A stretch of 64,000 nucleotides of DNA from Gammaproteobacteria bacterium (GTDB lineage Bacteria > Pseudomonadota > Gammaproteobacteria > JBCCGL01): assembly GCA_965277715.1 (NCBI GenBank), contig OZ255836.1, positions 3,424,001 through 3,488,000 on the forward strand, read 5' to 3'. This document shows positions 41,204-50,168 of this stretch, piece after piece. Made by a program: the position numbers and the translations under genes. Within the stretch, counting starts at the first letter, position 1. Each line of letters starts with the position of its first letter. The notes below the pieces were generated by a model, which saw only the letters and a list, made by a program, of their open reading frames with translations, was not told the DNA's origin and made no database searches.

Positions 41204-42298
41204 ATGAAGGCAAAAACCCCTCTGGTAACGATTTCAATCGTGTTGTTTATTGATGTGATGCTATTCGCCGCACAATCGCACGCTGCAACCTCTAGAGCAC
41301 CTTTCAGTATAGGTCATTCCTTTTCCTCAGGTGAGGTGCTGTCTGCGGATGTACTCAACCAGGCCTTTAGCCGTATTGAGAGAGGTATTAACCTGCCGGA
41401 TGTCAGCGATATTATCGGCACCTGGAGCTGTAGCAGCAGGCGCCTGAAAACATCCCCCACAACACCAGCCGATGGTGGTGGCTGGACCACACCGGCCAAC
41501 ACCGATAATCTCTACCAGGTTGCGAACCAAACGGTAACCTTTACCGCCAATAGCACCACCAGCTTTTCGTTTAATTCTACCTTTCCCAACTTATTTCACC
41601 CCACCGACCCCGCTAGCCCGGCGACCGGCAGGTATTCGCTGTTTGGCTCGCAGCTTTTTATCCGTAGTGACTCGGGCGATACGGTGGGTTCTGCCTCGCT
41701 GAAGATGTTGGGTTCGAATAATATCTTTCTGGTTATTGAAACCGGTAGTGAAAGGGTCTCCAGCACCTGTAATCAAACGACTCTGCCGCCCAATCGACCC
41801 ACTAATCTCACATCGAGCCTGAGTGGCTCCACGGTGAATTTAAGCTGGAGTGATAACGCCAGCAACGAGACCGGCTTTCGTGTGTATCGTCGGCAGGTAT
41901 CCACCTTCCAGGGCAGAGGGGCGAGAGCGAGAGCGCTAGTGAGCGCCGGTGGCGTGACATCTGTCACCGTAAGGCGTGGTGGTTTTGGTTATTCCACCAG
42001 TGCGCTACCCACTGTAGAGTTCATCGGTGGGGGCGGAACCGGGGCCAGTGGAACGGCACAGGTTGTCAACGGGAGAGTCACCGGTGTTACCATCACCAGT
42101 GCGGGTAGCGGCTATACACATGCACCGCGTGTATTCTTCAGGACAGCCAGTGCCTTCCAGGTGATTGCCACCACCAGCGCTAACGCCACCACGTTTACCG
42201 ACTCGCCGGGAACGGGTACTTATATCTATACAGTGACCGCCATCAATACCAGCGGGCAGTCGCCAAGCGCCAACATCGTTCTGGTCACTGTGCCTTAG
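41204..42298 (+). CDS. secreted protein with fibronectin type III domain
   Basis: signal peptide; PNRPTNL...VNLSWSDNASNETGFRVYR ... FTD...YIYTVTAIN..GQS. Confidence 0.75.
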   Translation: MKAKTPLVTISIVLFIDVMLFAAQSHAATSRAPFSIGHSFSSGEVLSADVLNQAFSRIERGINLPDVSDIIGTWSCSSRRLKTSPTTPADGGGWTTPANTDNLYQVANQTVTFTANSTTSFSFNSTFPNLFHPTDPASPATGRYSLFGSQLFIRSDSGDTVGSASLKMLGSNNIFLVIETGSERVSSTCNQTTLPPNRPTNLTSSLSGSTVNLSWSDNASNETGFRVYRRQVSTFQGRGARARALVSAGGVTSVTVRRGGFGYSTSALPTVEFIGGGGTGASGTAQVVNGRVTGVTITSAGSGYTHAPRVFFRTASAFQVIATTSANATTFTDSPGTGTYIYTVTAINTSGQSPSANIVLVTVP

Positions 42299-42364
42299 GA
42301 TAAGGCCATTATTCTCAGGCTACCTGCATCGCAGCAGCCACAAACCGGCAAATAGCCTATGCGC

Positions 42365-42411
42365 CCAGACCCCGTGTATTGACTGTGTGCAAGTTAATAC
42401 ACGGGGTCTGG
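42365..42411. repeat. 20-bp inverted repeat (terminator or MITE relic)
   Basis: CCAGACCCCGTGTATTGACT-7nt-AGTTAATACACGGGGTCTGG; degenerate half-copy at 9480-9512. Confidence 0.7.
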
Positions 42412-42637
42412 TATTACAGCCCTGCACTCAGGCCTGTGTTTTCCGCAACGGCTGTTTGTCGCCTACCCGATGAAATAAATAATCCCGCTTGCCATTCCAG
42501 CGCATAGGCGATAAAGCGGATAGTGCTGCAATCGCTGATGTGGTGTTTATACTTGCCGCAAACCACCACCTCCAAAAAGCATACTTTGCCCAGGATGCAG
42601 TTGTTTATCGAAGCGTTGTTTGAATCAGAGGCATAAA

Positions 42638-43606
42638 TTGGCAACAGTTACACAAACACGCCCTGACAGAACGGCATTTGGCGTGATACTGATTGTCATC
42701 GCCGTGTTTATGATGTCGGTTCAGGAGGCGTTGTTTAAATATTTCAGCGCTGATCTGTCGTTGTGGCAGACGTTTACATTGCGTGGCTTACTCGCACTGC
42801 CGTTGCTCTTTATTATCGCCCTGGTACAGGGCCACCAGCGCAGTATATGGGGCAGTGCACTGCAAAAATGGCCGCTGCTGCGATCACTCTTTATGACGCT
42901 AATGTTTATCGCCATGTATTCAGCGATACCTTTTCTAAGCCTATCGACCGTCGCTGCCGGGATTTACACCGCCCCGGTTTTTGTTGCGCTGTTATCGGCC
43001 TATATTATTGGCGAGCCTGTAGGTGTGCGTAGCTGGGTAGCGATTGCAATGGGCTTTGGTGGTGTGCTGGTTATTCTTCAGCCAGGTACTGATGCATTTA
43101 CATACTGGACTGTGCTGCCAGTGTTGGGTGGTTTCCTTTATGCGTTGTCGAATGTCACTACCCGCAGCAAATGCCAGGCAGTATCACCGGCAGCACTGGC
43201 GCTGTCGCTCAATGTGGTGTTGCTGCTGGCAGGGGGGATATTGAGTGTGGTTATACTGCTGTGGTCACCCGCTGATGAATTGCGCTACGCGCTTCCCTTT
43301 TTATTGGGCAACTGGTCTGCTATGGGGACGTCAGAGTGGGTCTTGATTGCGTTGCTTGCTGTGTTGCTTGTTGCTATCGGTATGGGGCTTGCTGGCGCTT
43401 ATCAATCGGCCCAGCCCTCGATTGTGGCAACGTTTGATTACAGTTATCTGCTTTTTGTCGGGCTTTGGGATTATTTGTTTTTCTCGGTTAGTCCGGGTGG
43501 TATGGCGGTTTTTGGTATGTTATTGATAATCACTGCTGGTTTGTTGGTTGTGCGGGGGTGTTCAAGCAGCAGGTTGCTTAATAAACAACAATACCCCAGT
43601 GAATGA
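42638..43606 (+). CDS. DMT/EamA family transporter
   Basis: 10 TM pattern, YTAPVFV.LLS..IIGE.VG, GVLVILQPG, FDYSYL. Confidence 0.88.
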   Translation: MATVTQTRPDRTAFGVILIVIAVFMMSVQEALFKYFSADLSLWQTFTLRGLLALPLLFIIALVQGHQRSIWGSALQKWPLLRSLFMTLMFIAMYSAIPFLSLSTVAAGIYTAPVFVALLSAYIIGEPVGVRSWVAIAMGFGGVLVILQPGTDAFTYWTVLPVLGGFLYALSNVTTRSKCQAVSPAALALSLNVVLLLAGGILSVVILLWSPADELRYALPFLLGNWSAMGTSEWVLIALLAVLLVAIGMGLAGAYQSAQPSIVATFDYSYLLFVGLWDYLFFSVSPGGMAVFGMLLIITAGLLVVRGCSSSRLLNKQQYPSE

Positions 43607-43636
43607 AATATACGCTCCCTCTGTATGTTATCAATT

Positions 43637-43999
43637 CTATTGACGATCCTTAATATAAGATCTTTTAGATTTTATCTTGCCATTTTCGAAGGTAAATAAA
43701 TCACAACCATCGATTTCAATTTTCACCCCCTCTTTTCCCGTTCCCCAAAAAGTCCACTCTGAGCAACCGTAATTTCCCTGGGAGAAGTGAATGGCATTGT
43801 CAAAATGCACATCGGGAATATCTGTCCACACCTCGATAAAGCGTTTCCGCACGGCCTCGTAACCCGTGTAGCGAGTACCGAATTTTTCACTGCCACCGCC
43901 GGTTTCAAATACACAGTCTTTAGTCATATACGCCATGATTTTATCAATATCATGTGCATTCCAGGCATCACTGTATTCCTGTAACTGTTTTGTATTCAT
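43637..43999 (-). CDS. SnoaL-like / NTF2 family protein
   Basis: AWNAHDID, EWTF.GT, GCDLFTF..GKI..K. Confidence 0.85.
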   Translation of the reverse strand: MNTKQLQEYSDAWNAHDIDKIMAYMTKDCVFETGGGSEKFGTRYTGYEAVRKRFIEVWTDIPDVHFDNAIHFSQGNYGCSEWTFWGTGKEGVKIEIDGCDLFTFENGKIKSKRSYIKDRQ

Positions 44000-44080
44000 A
44001 TTTACCCCATCAATAGCTGCTAAAATTAGCGTGGCGCACGCATAGCACGGTTGGCGGTTTGCGTGAATGCAGTGCTTAGG

Positions 44081-44398
44081 TTAAAACGGCATTTGCATTA
44101 ATTCCGATACTTCAAGTGAACCGTTAACATCGAGAAACGGGCAGGATTTTGCCATTTCCAGTGCCGTTTCCATAGAATCAGCTTCAACAATCGTGTAACC
44201 CGACATTGACGTTGTACTGCCAGTGGTGACCGTGCCGTCAGGGTTTACAGTATGGGTTTGCTTAAACGGATTGGCCGGGCTGACTGCGGCATCACCTAAC
44301 GAGGATAGCCACGCTTTGTATTTAGCAAAGTGTTGCTTGCCTTCTTCTGGGCTGGATGGTTGGTCGCCACCGAGATAGGCAATAATGTATTGAGCCAT
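44081..44398 (-). CDS. YciI-like protein
   Basis: SGYTIVEADSMETALEMAKSCP..GSLEV. Confidence 0.8.
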   Translation of the reverse strand: MAQYIIAYLGGDQPSSPEEGKQHFAKYKAWLSSLGDAAVSPANPFKQTHTVNPDGTVTTGSTTSMSGYTIVEADSMETALEMAKSCPFLDVNGSLEVSELMQMPF

Positions 44399-44477
44399 GT
44401 GTTTATTTCCGTTTTTAAAATTGGGGTCTACAGGGTGCACAATACTTATAAGGAACTGATATAGGCATGTCAACTAT

Positions 44478-44627
44478 AGCGATATGCGTACAATTCCAAG
44501 TAAGCAGGTACTCTACTCAATACCGTTTGCCGCCGCGATAGCCACATGGTAAGCGTCTGTTTCCGCTTTTTCCGGTAAGGCGCCACAGTCGATGAACGCC
44601 TTATCAAGTGTTCGAGCTTCACCTTTT
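44478..44627 (-). pseudogene. PIN-domain (VapC-like) fragment
   Basis: LPEKAETDAYHVAIAAANGIE/YLLTWNCTHIA, broken by a 5-bp duplication. Confidence 0.7.
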
Positions 44628-47072
44628 TCAGCTACGCATACGCGATCCATTTGGGTCGTACAGTGGCGCGCCCTGCACTTCGGCGGGGTAGCGTTCACCC
44701 AGTATTTCCACGTCTACCAGGGTGCCCGGCCCGGCGTATTGGCTGGCGACATAGCCCATTGCCATCGATTTGCCCACATGGTGCGCATAGCCGCCGGATG
44801 AGATGTAACCCACGGCGTCCCCGTCTTTCAAGACGGCTTCATCCAGCGATACGTCGATAGGCGTGTCGATGGTTAAGGTGACCAGACGACGCGCAACGCC
44901 TTCTTCTTTGAACGCAAGTGTGGCCTGTTTGCCGACAAAATCTTTGTGCCAGTTGATAAAGCCATCCATGCCCGCTTCGATGGCGTTGAAGTCTGGGCGG
45001 AATTCCAAACCCCAGGCACCCCAGGCTTTCTCCAGGCGCAGGCTCATCAGTGCACGGTTACCGTACCAGCGGTAGCCGAGGTCAGCACCGGCTGTTTCAA
45101 TCGCCTCAGCGAGACAGATTAAGTATTGCGGACGGCAGTAGACTTCAAAGCCCAGCTCACCCGAGAAGCTCAGGCGGTTGAGCACGACGGGCACGCCGCC
45201 GACGTAGGTGTGGCGTGTGTCGCGAAATGAAAAGGCATCGGTAGAGACATCATCACGCGTGATACGGGAAAGCAGTTGGCGCGATTGGGGGCCGGATAAA
45301 GCGATGCCATGCCAATCGCCGGTTTGGTTCTCATAGTGCACACCTTCGGACAGGGTGCGGGCAAACCATCGGTTGTGGGCGTCTTGCATGGCGCCGGAGC
45401 CGAATAACATAAAGTGCTCTTCGTCGAAGCACGCCACGGTGAGGTCACCATAGAGACGGCCTTTTTCGGTGAGCATGGGGGTGAGTGCGATTCGACCGGG
45501 CCTGGGGATGTGTCCCGCCATGGTTTTATCGAGCCATTCGCGTGCACCTGGGCCTCTGATCACGTGTTTGGCGAAGTTGGCGATTTCGATACCCGCCACG
45601 CCTTGGCGCACGGCCTCGACTTCGCGTGCCACGTAGTCGTGCGAGCGGTTGCGCTCAAAGGTGGGGTCTTCCCAGGCGTCTTCAGGGCTGTCGGCAAACC
45701 ACAGCGCGTGCTCCAGACCAAAGACCTGGCCCATGCGCGCCCCTTTGGCAGTTAAGCGGTCATAGAGTGCGGTGGTTTGTTGGCGACGGCCTTTGGGGAG
45801 TGTTTCGTTGGGGAAGGTCATAACGAAGCGACGTTCGTAGTTCTCGGTGGATTTGACTGTGCCCCAGTCGGGCGATGCCCACTTGCCAAAACGCGCAACG
45901 TCCATCGCCCATACGTCGATTGACGGCTCGCCGTCGATCATCCACTCGGCCATCGTCAGGCCGACGCCGCCGCCCTGGCAGAAGCCGGCCATAACCCCAA
46001 CGGCGCACCAGTAGTTGTGCATACCGGGGACGGGGCCGATCATCGGGTTGCCGTCGGGGCCGAAGGTAAAGGGGCCGTTAATGGCCTGGCGGATGCCCGC
46101 GTCGGCGAGCGCCGGAATGCGTTCAAAGCCCAGTTCCAGGCGGTCGGCGATATGTTCCAGGTTGGGGTTTAACAATTCGTGGCCGAAATCCCAGGGTGTG
46201 CCTTCGACTTTCCACGGGACGCCGACCGGCTCGTAGGTGCCCAGCAATATACCGTCACGCTCCTGGCGGAAATAGAGGTTTGCCTCGTAATCAAAGCCGC
46301 AGGGCAGGCGCGAGCCAAAGTTGGCAACGGCATCAATGGTATCGGTCAGTAAGTAGTGGTGCTCCATGGGCTGTACCGGCAGCGCCATACCGGCCATATG
46401 CCCGACCTCACGCGCCCACAGACCGCCGCAGTTGACGACGTGTTCGGCGTTGATCACGCCTTTGGGGGTGGTGACATCCCAGCTACCATCGGCGCATTGG
46501 CGCGTTTTGGTCGCGGGTGTATGGGTAAAGTAGCGCCCGCCGTAGTGCCTGGCCGCCTTGGCAAATGCATAGGTGGTGCCGGATGGGTCGAGGTCGCCGT
46601 CCTGGTCGTCCCACAGGGCCGCGTGGTAGTGCTTGGGGTCGATCAGTGGGTGGCGGTCGGCGACTTCCCGGGGGGAGATGAATTCCTGGTTCAGCCCCAT
46701 GTAGCGCGCTTTTGAGCGCTCGCGCCTGAGGTAGTCGTACCAGGTTTTATTCGAGGCCAGGTAAAAACCACCGGTCAGGTGTAGGCCCACTGATTGGCCT
46801 GAGAGTGCTTCGATCTCTTTGTAGAGGTTGATGGTGTAGCTTTGCAGGCGCGAGATATTAGGGTCGGAGCTAATTGTGTGGATTTGCCCGGCAGCGTGCC
46901 AACTGGAACCGGAGGTAAGCTCATCGCGCTCCAGCAGTACGGTATCTTTCCAGCCAAATTTGGCCAGGTGGAATAAGATCGAGCAGCCCACTACACCACC
47001 GCCAATAACGACAACTTTGGCATGGCGCGGTAATGCGGCGTTGTCGGCGCCTTCTTTGGTGATTTCTGGCAT
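44628..47072 (-). CDS. GcvT-family FAD oxidoreductase (dimethylglycine dehydrogenase-like)
   Basis: IGGGVVG, LTSGSSWHAAG, C-terminal GcvT fold SFSGELGFE, SLRLEK; GAGGA RBS before ATG 47072. Confidence 0.9.
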   Translation of the reverse strand: MPEITKEGADNAALPRHAKVVVIGGGVVGCSILFHLAKFGWKDTVLLERDELTSGSSWHAAGQIHTISSDPNISRLQSYTINLYKEIEALSGQSVGLHLTGGFYLASNKTWYDYLRRERSKARYMGLNQEFISPREVADRHPLIDPKHYHAALWDDQDGDLDPSGTTYAFAKAARHYGGRYFTHTPATKTRQCADGSWDVTTPKGVINAEHVVNCGGLWAREVGHMAGMALPVQPMEHHYLLTDTIDAVANFGSRLPCGFDYEANLYFRQERDGILLGTYEPVGVPWKVEGTPWDFGHELLNPNLEHIADRLELGFERIPALADAGIRQAINGPFTFGPDGNPMIGPVPGMHNYWCAVGVMAGFCQGGGVGLTMAEWMIDGEPSIDVWAMDVARFGKWASPDWGTVKSTENYERRFVMTFPNETLPKGRRQQTTALYDRLTAKGARMGQVFGLEHALWFADSPEDAWEDPTFERNRSHDYVAREVEAVRQGVAGIEIANFAKHVIRGPGAREWLDKTMAGHIPRPGRIALTPMLTEKGRLYGDLTVACFDEEHFMLFGSGAMQDAHNRWFARTLSEGVHYENQTGDWHGIALSGPQSRQLLSRITRDDVSTDAFSFRDTRHTYVGGVPVVLNRLSFSGELGFEVYCRPQYLICLAEAIETAGADLGYRWYGNRALMSLRLEKAWGAWGLEFRPDFNAIEAGMDGFINWHKDFVGKQATLAFKEEGVARRLVTLTIDTPIDVSLDEAVLKDGDAVGYISSGGYAHHVGKSMAMGYVASQYAGPGTLVDVEILGERYPAEVQGAPLYDPNGSRMRS

Positions 47073-47131
47073 GGGTGGGTACTCCTCGTGCTTAGCGGAT
47101 TCTCTGTGCAATCAATAGGGGGCGCCAGGGG

Positions 47132-48649
47132 TCAGTACCAGGCGTCCGGGATTTCTGCTTTGCGCCTGGCGACATAGGCGTCCAGCGCCTCGACGGTGGC
47201 CGCATCATTGGCGGGCGGCTGGTAGTTGGCCAGCATTTTGTTCCATTTATCAAAGGCGCGTCGGCGCATATCCTGGCTGCCTTTTTCCTCCCAGCTCTCG
47301 ACGTTTTCGCTGTCGCTGAGCTCGGCGTCGTAGAAGGCCGTTTGGTAGTGGCGCAGGGTGTGCGAAGAGCCGAGGAAATGCCCACCAGGCTCGACTTCCC
47401 GATAGGCGTCACGGGCGAACTGATCCTCGCTTATATCCAAACCCGCCATGAGTTTTTGGTAGCTGCCCAAACGGTCGGCGTCCATGATCAGCTTTTCAAA
47501 GCCGGTTGCCAAACCACCTTCAAGCCAACCGGCGGCGTGCAGGGTGTAGTTGGAACCGGCCAGCACGGTGGAGTGCATCGAATCGGCACTTTCGTAGGCC
47601 GCTTGCGCATCTTCGGTTTTGGCGGCAGTCAAAGAACCCCCACAGCGCAGGGGCAAGCCCAAGCGCCGCGCCAATTGGCCAATCACATAGTTGGATAACA
47701 CCGGCTCCGGCATACCAAAGGTGGGGGCGCCGGATTTGAGGCTCATCGATGACAGGAAGTTGCCCATCACAAACGGTGCGCCAGGGCGTACTAGTTGTGT
47801 GAAGGCACAGCAGATCATGACCTCGGCCATCGCCTGTGCGATTGCTGCGGCAGTGGACACCGGGCCCATCGCACCGGTCAGGATAAACGGGGTTACCACC
47901 ATCGCCTGGCCACGCGAGGCATACACCTGGATGGCCTCGGTGACGACGCGGTCGATCAATAGCGGTGAGTTGGTGTTGACGTTGGCCATAATCACCACGT
48001 TGTTGTCCATGGTTTCTTTGCCGTGGAGGATTTCCGCCATATCAACGCTGTCCTGTGCGCGGCTTTTCTCGGTGATGGCGCCCAGGTGCGGTTTATCGCT
48101 CAGAGTCATATGCGCGTAGACCATATCGAGGTGGCGCTTGGATACCGGCAGGTCGGTGGGTTCGGCAATCACCAGGCCGCTGTGATGCAGATTCGGGTGC
48201 ATATAAGTGAGCTTTACCAGCTTTTCAAAGTCGGCAAAGGTCGCGTAACGGCGACCACCTTCAAGGTCGCGCACAAAGGGCGCGCCGTAGATGGGGGCAA
48301 ACACCTGGTTATTGCCACCGATGGTGACCGAGCGCGCCGGGTTGCGCGCCAACTGGGTGAACGCGCTGGGTGCTTTGGCGCATTGCCCGCGTACCCACTG
48401 GGCATCGGCAAACACTTTGTCACCGACCATTTTGACGCCCGCACCTGCCCAGATACGGGTCGCTTCCGGATCGTCGCGAAAGGCAAAGCCGATATTTTCA
48501 AGCATCCAGTCGACCTGGCGCTCCATCTTGACTAGTTGCTCTTCATCCAACGGGTCAAAGAAAGGCAGTTGCCGTTTGATATAGGGGGCCGCGACAACGG
48601 TGGCTCTGGATTCAGCACCGGGGCGGGCTTTGCGGGGGCGTCGAGGCAT
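47132..48649 (-). CDS. MttB-family methyltransferase, non-pyrrolysine (glycine betaine type)
   Basis: YGAPFVRD, NSPL, PFILTGAMGP, SGAPTFG.PE, HAAGWLEGGL; no in-frame amber. Confidence 0.9.
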   Translation of the reverse strand: MPRRPRKARPGAESRATVVAAPYIKRQLPFFDPLDEEQLVKMERQVDWMLENIGFAFRDDPEATRIWAGAGVKMVGDKVFADAQWVRGQCAKAPSAFTQLARNPARSVTIGGNNQVFAPIYGAPFVRDLEGGRRYATFADFEKLVKLTYMHPNLHHSGLVIAEPTDLPVSKRHLDMVYAHMTLSDKPHLGAITEKSRAQDSVDMAEILHGKETMDNNVVIMANVNTNSPLLIDRVVTEAIQVYASRGQAMVVTPFILTGAMGPVSTAAAIAQAMAEVMICCAFTQLVRPGAPFVMGNFLSSMSLKSGAPTFGMPEPVLSNYVIGQLARRLGLPLRCGGSLTAAKTEDAQAAYESADSMHSTVLAGSNYTLHAAGWLEGGLATGFEKLIMDADRLGSYQKLMAGLDISEDQFARDAYREVEPGGHFLGSSHTLRHYQTAFYDAELSDSENVESWEEKGSQDMRRRAFDKWNKMLANYQPPANDAATVEALDAYVARRKAEIPDAWY

Positions 48650-48730
48650 GGGATTACCACAGTGGCTGCGATGCCTCGATCATAGCGCCGCAAAATAGCC
48701 TTGTGACCCTTGTAAATTTTGATCAATTGC

Positions 48731-48745
48731 ATAGACTGAAACTAT
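48731..48745. promoter_or_regulatory. LysR box ATAG-N7-CTAT
   Basis: ATAGACTGAAACTAT (T-N11-A) overlapping the LysR start in the divergent promoter. Confidence 0.5.
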
Positions 48746-49643
48746 GCGAAATACCCTTAAACTTATCGCTTCACCGCGCAATCTCTTTGTTTTTGAAGCG
48801 GCGGCACGCCTGGGTTCTTTTACACTGGCAGCGAACGCACTGGGTATGCAGCAACCTTCGGTCAGCGCGGCGATTAAACAACTGGAAAATGCTTTGGGCG
48901 TGCGTTTGTTTGATCGTGGGCATCGTCGTATTGCGCTAACCAATGCAGGCCTGCGTTTTTACGCCGATGTTTCACAAGCGTTGCGCGGCATCGAAAGCGC
49001 GGCTGAAGCCGTCCATAATATGGGGTATTCGGAGTACGTTACGCTCAATTCCTCTTCGGCTTTTTCGTATTACTGGATGATGCCCAAGGTGCACGCACTG
49101 CGCCAAGTGCACCCCCAGATTGATTTGCGCCTGCAAAACAGCGTTCACGAGCCGGATCTGGATGTAGAGAATATCAGTATCGCGGTACGCTTAGGTGATG
49201 GGAACTGGCCCGATTGTCATGCCGCCAAGCTCGCCGATGAAGTCATTTTCCCCGTCGCCAGCCCCATTGTAATGCACTCGGCGCGCAACCTGCGGTCCAT
49301 ACCCAATTTGCTCCACGAGCGCCTGATTCACCTGGAAGAGCCTGTGCGTATGCGCCCAACCTGGAAGCAGTGGTTTGAACACCACGGGGTTGATAAAGCC
49401 GGTATATCTGAAGGTATGCGCCTCAACGATTACGCCCTGGTATTACAGGCCGCGCAAACCGGCGAGGGGTTTGCCTTTGGTTGGGAACATATCGTCCGCG
49501 ACCTGATCGACCGCAAATTGCTTGCCGCCCGTGAAGACTGGGCATGGCAAACGGGCCGGGGCATTTATCTGGTGTGGTCCAGATCACGGCCCTTGTCGAG
49601 TAATGCGGTGAAGGTGCGCGATTGGGTTTTGTCGTTTGTCTAA
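48744..49643 (+). CDS. LysR-family regulator (GcvA-like)
   Basis: FEAAARLGSFT.AA..L...QPSVS..IKQLE. Confidence 0.92.
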   Translation: MRNTLKLIASPRNLFVFEAAARLGSFTLAANALGMQQPSVSAAIKQLENALGVRLFDRGHRRIALTNAGLRFYADVSQALRGIESAAEAVHNMGYSEYVTLNSSSAFSYYWMMPKVHALRQVHPQIDLRLQNSVHEPDLDVENISIAVRLGDGNWPDCHAAKLADEVIFPVASPIVMHSARNLRSIPNLLHERLIHLEEPVRMRPTWKQWFEHHGVDKAGISEGMRLNDYALVLQAAQTGEGFAFGWEHIVRDLIDRKLLAAREDWAWQTGRGIYLVWSRSRPLSSNAVKVRDWVLSFV

Positions 49644-49780
49644 GCCCGACAGGCTTCTGCGGCACCGCGTGTTCGTTTCCAGGCGATAAACCGATTGGCA
49701 TACCTGCGCGTGATCGCCTAAAATAACCTGATTGGCAACAAGTCGTTGCAGTCACTTACCTTTTGCGGAGTTACACCACT

Positions 49781-50128
49781 ATGGCACGCGTTACCATTGA
49801 AGATTGCCTCGATAATGTCGATAACCGTTTTCAGTTGATACTGACGGCTGCCAAGCGGGCGCGGCAAATTAACCTGGGTGCGGAGCCACTGGTGCCACTG
49901 GAAAATGATAAACCGACGGTACTCGCTTTGCGCGAAATTTCCAACGGTATGATTACCCGCGATATTTTGAAGCAGGCACCCAAACAGGCACTGGCCGAAG
50001 ACCTAATGGATGAGCTGGTGTTCGAGCAGGACGTGGATATGCCAATAATGGGAGTACCTCAGATAGGCGTGCCGCAGGCCAATGGGCCAGATGCACAGGG
50101 TGCTGAAATAAATATAGGCACTCAGTAG
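49781..50128 (+). CDS. rpoZ: RNA polymerase omega subunit
   Basis: [33 protein letters not shown]; extended acidic tail. Confidence 0.95.
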   Translation: MARVTIEDCLDNVDNRFQLILTAAKRARQINLGAEPLVPLENDKPTVLALREISNGMITRDILKQAPKQALAEDLMDELVFEQDVDMPIMGVPQIGVPQANGPDAQGAEINIGTQ

Positions 50129-50168
50129 CGCCGCCCTGGCATCTGCAATACGCTCTTCCAAGTGAATT

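Noticed and set aside
44015-44085. Integron attC site between the yciI-like and snoaL-like genes
   Set aside because: A TAAC follows the stop, but there is no matching GTTRRRY end or convincing L boxes, and no integrase.
47132-48649. Pyrrolysine recoding in MttB
   Set aside because: The ORF is open without an in-frame TAG; no pyl genes are seen.
49781-50128. Extended RpoZ tail
   Set aside because: Variable acidic C-terminal tails are common in omega subunits.
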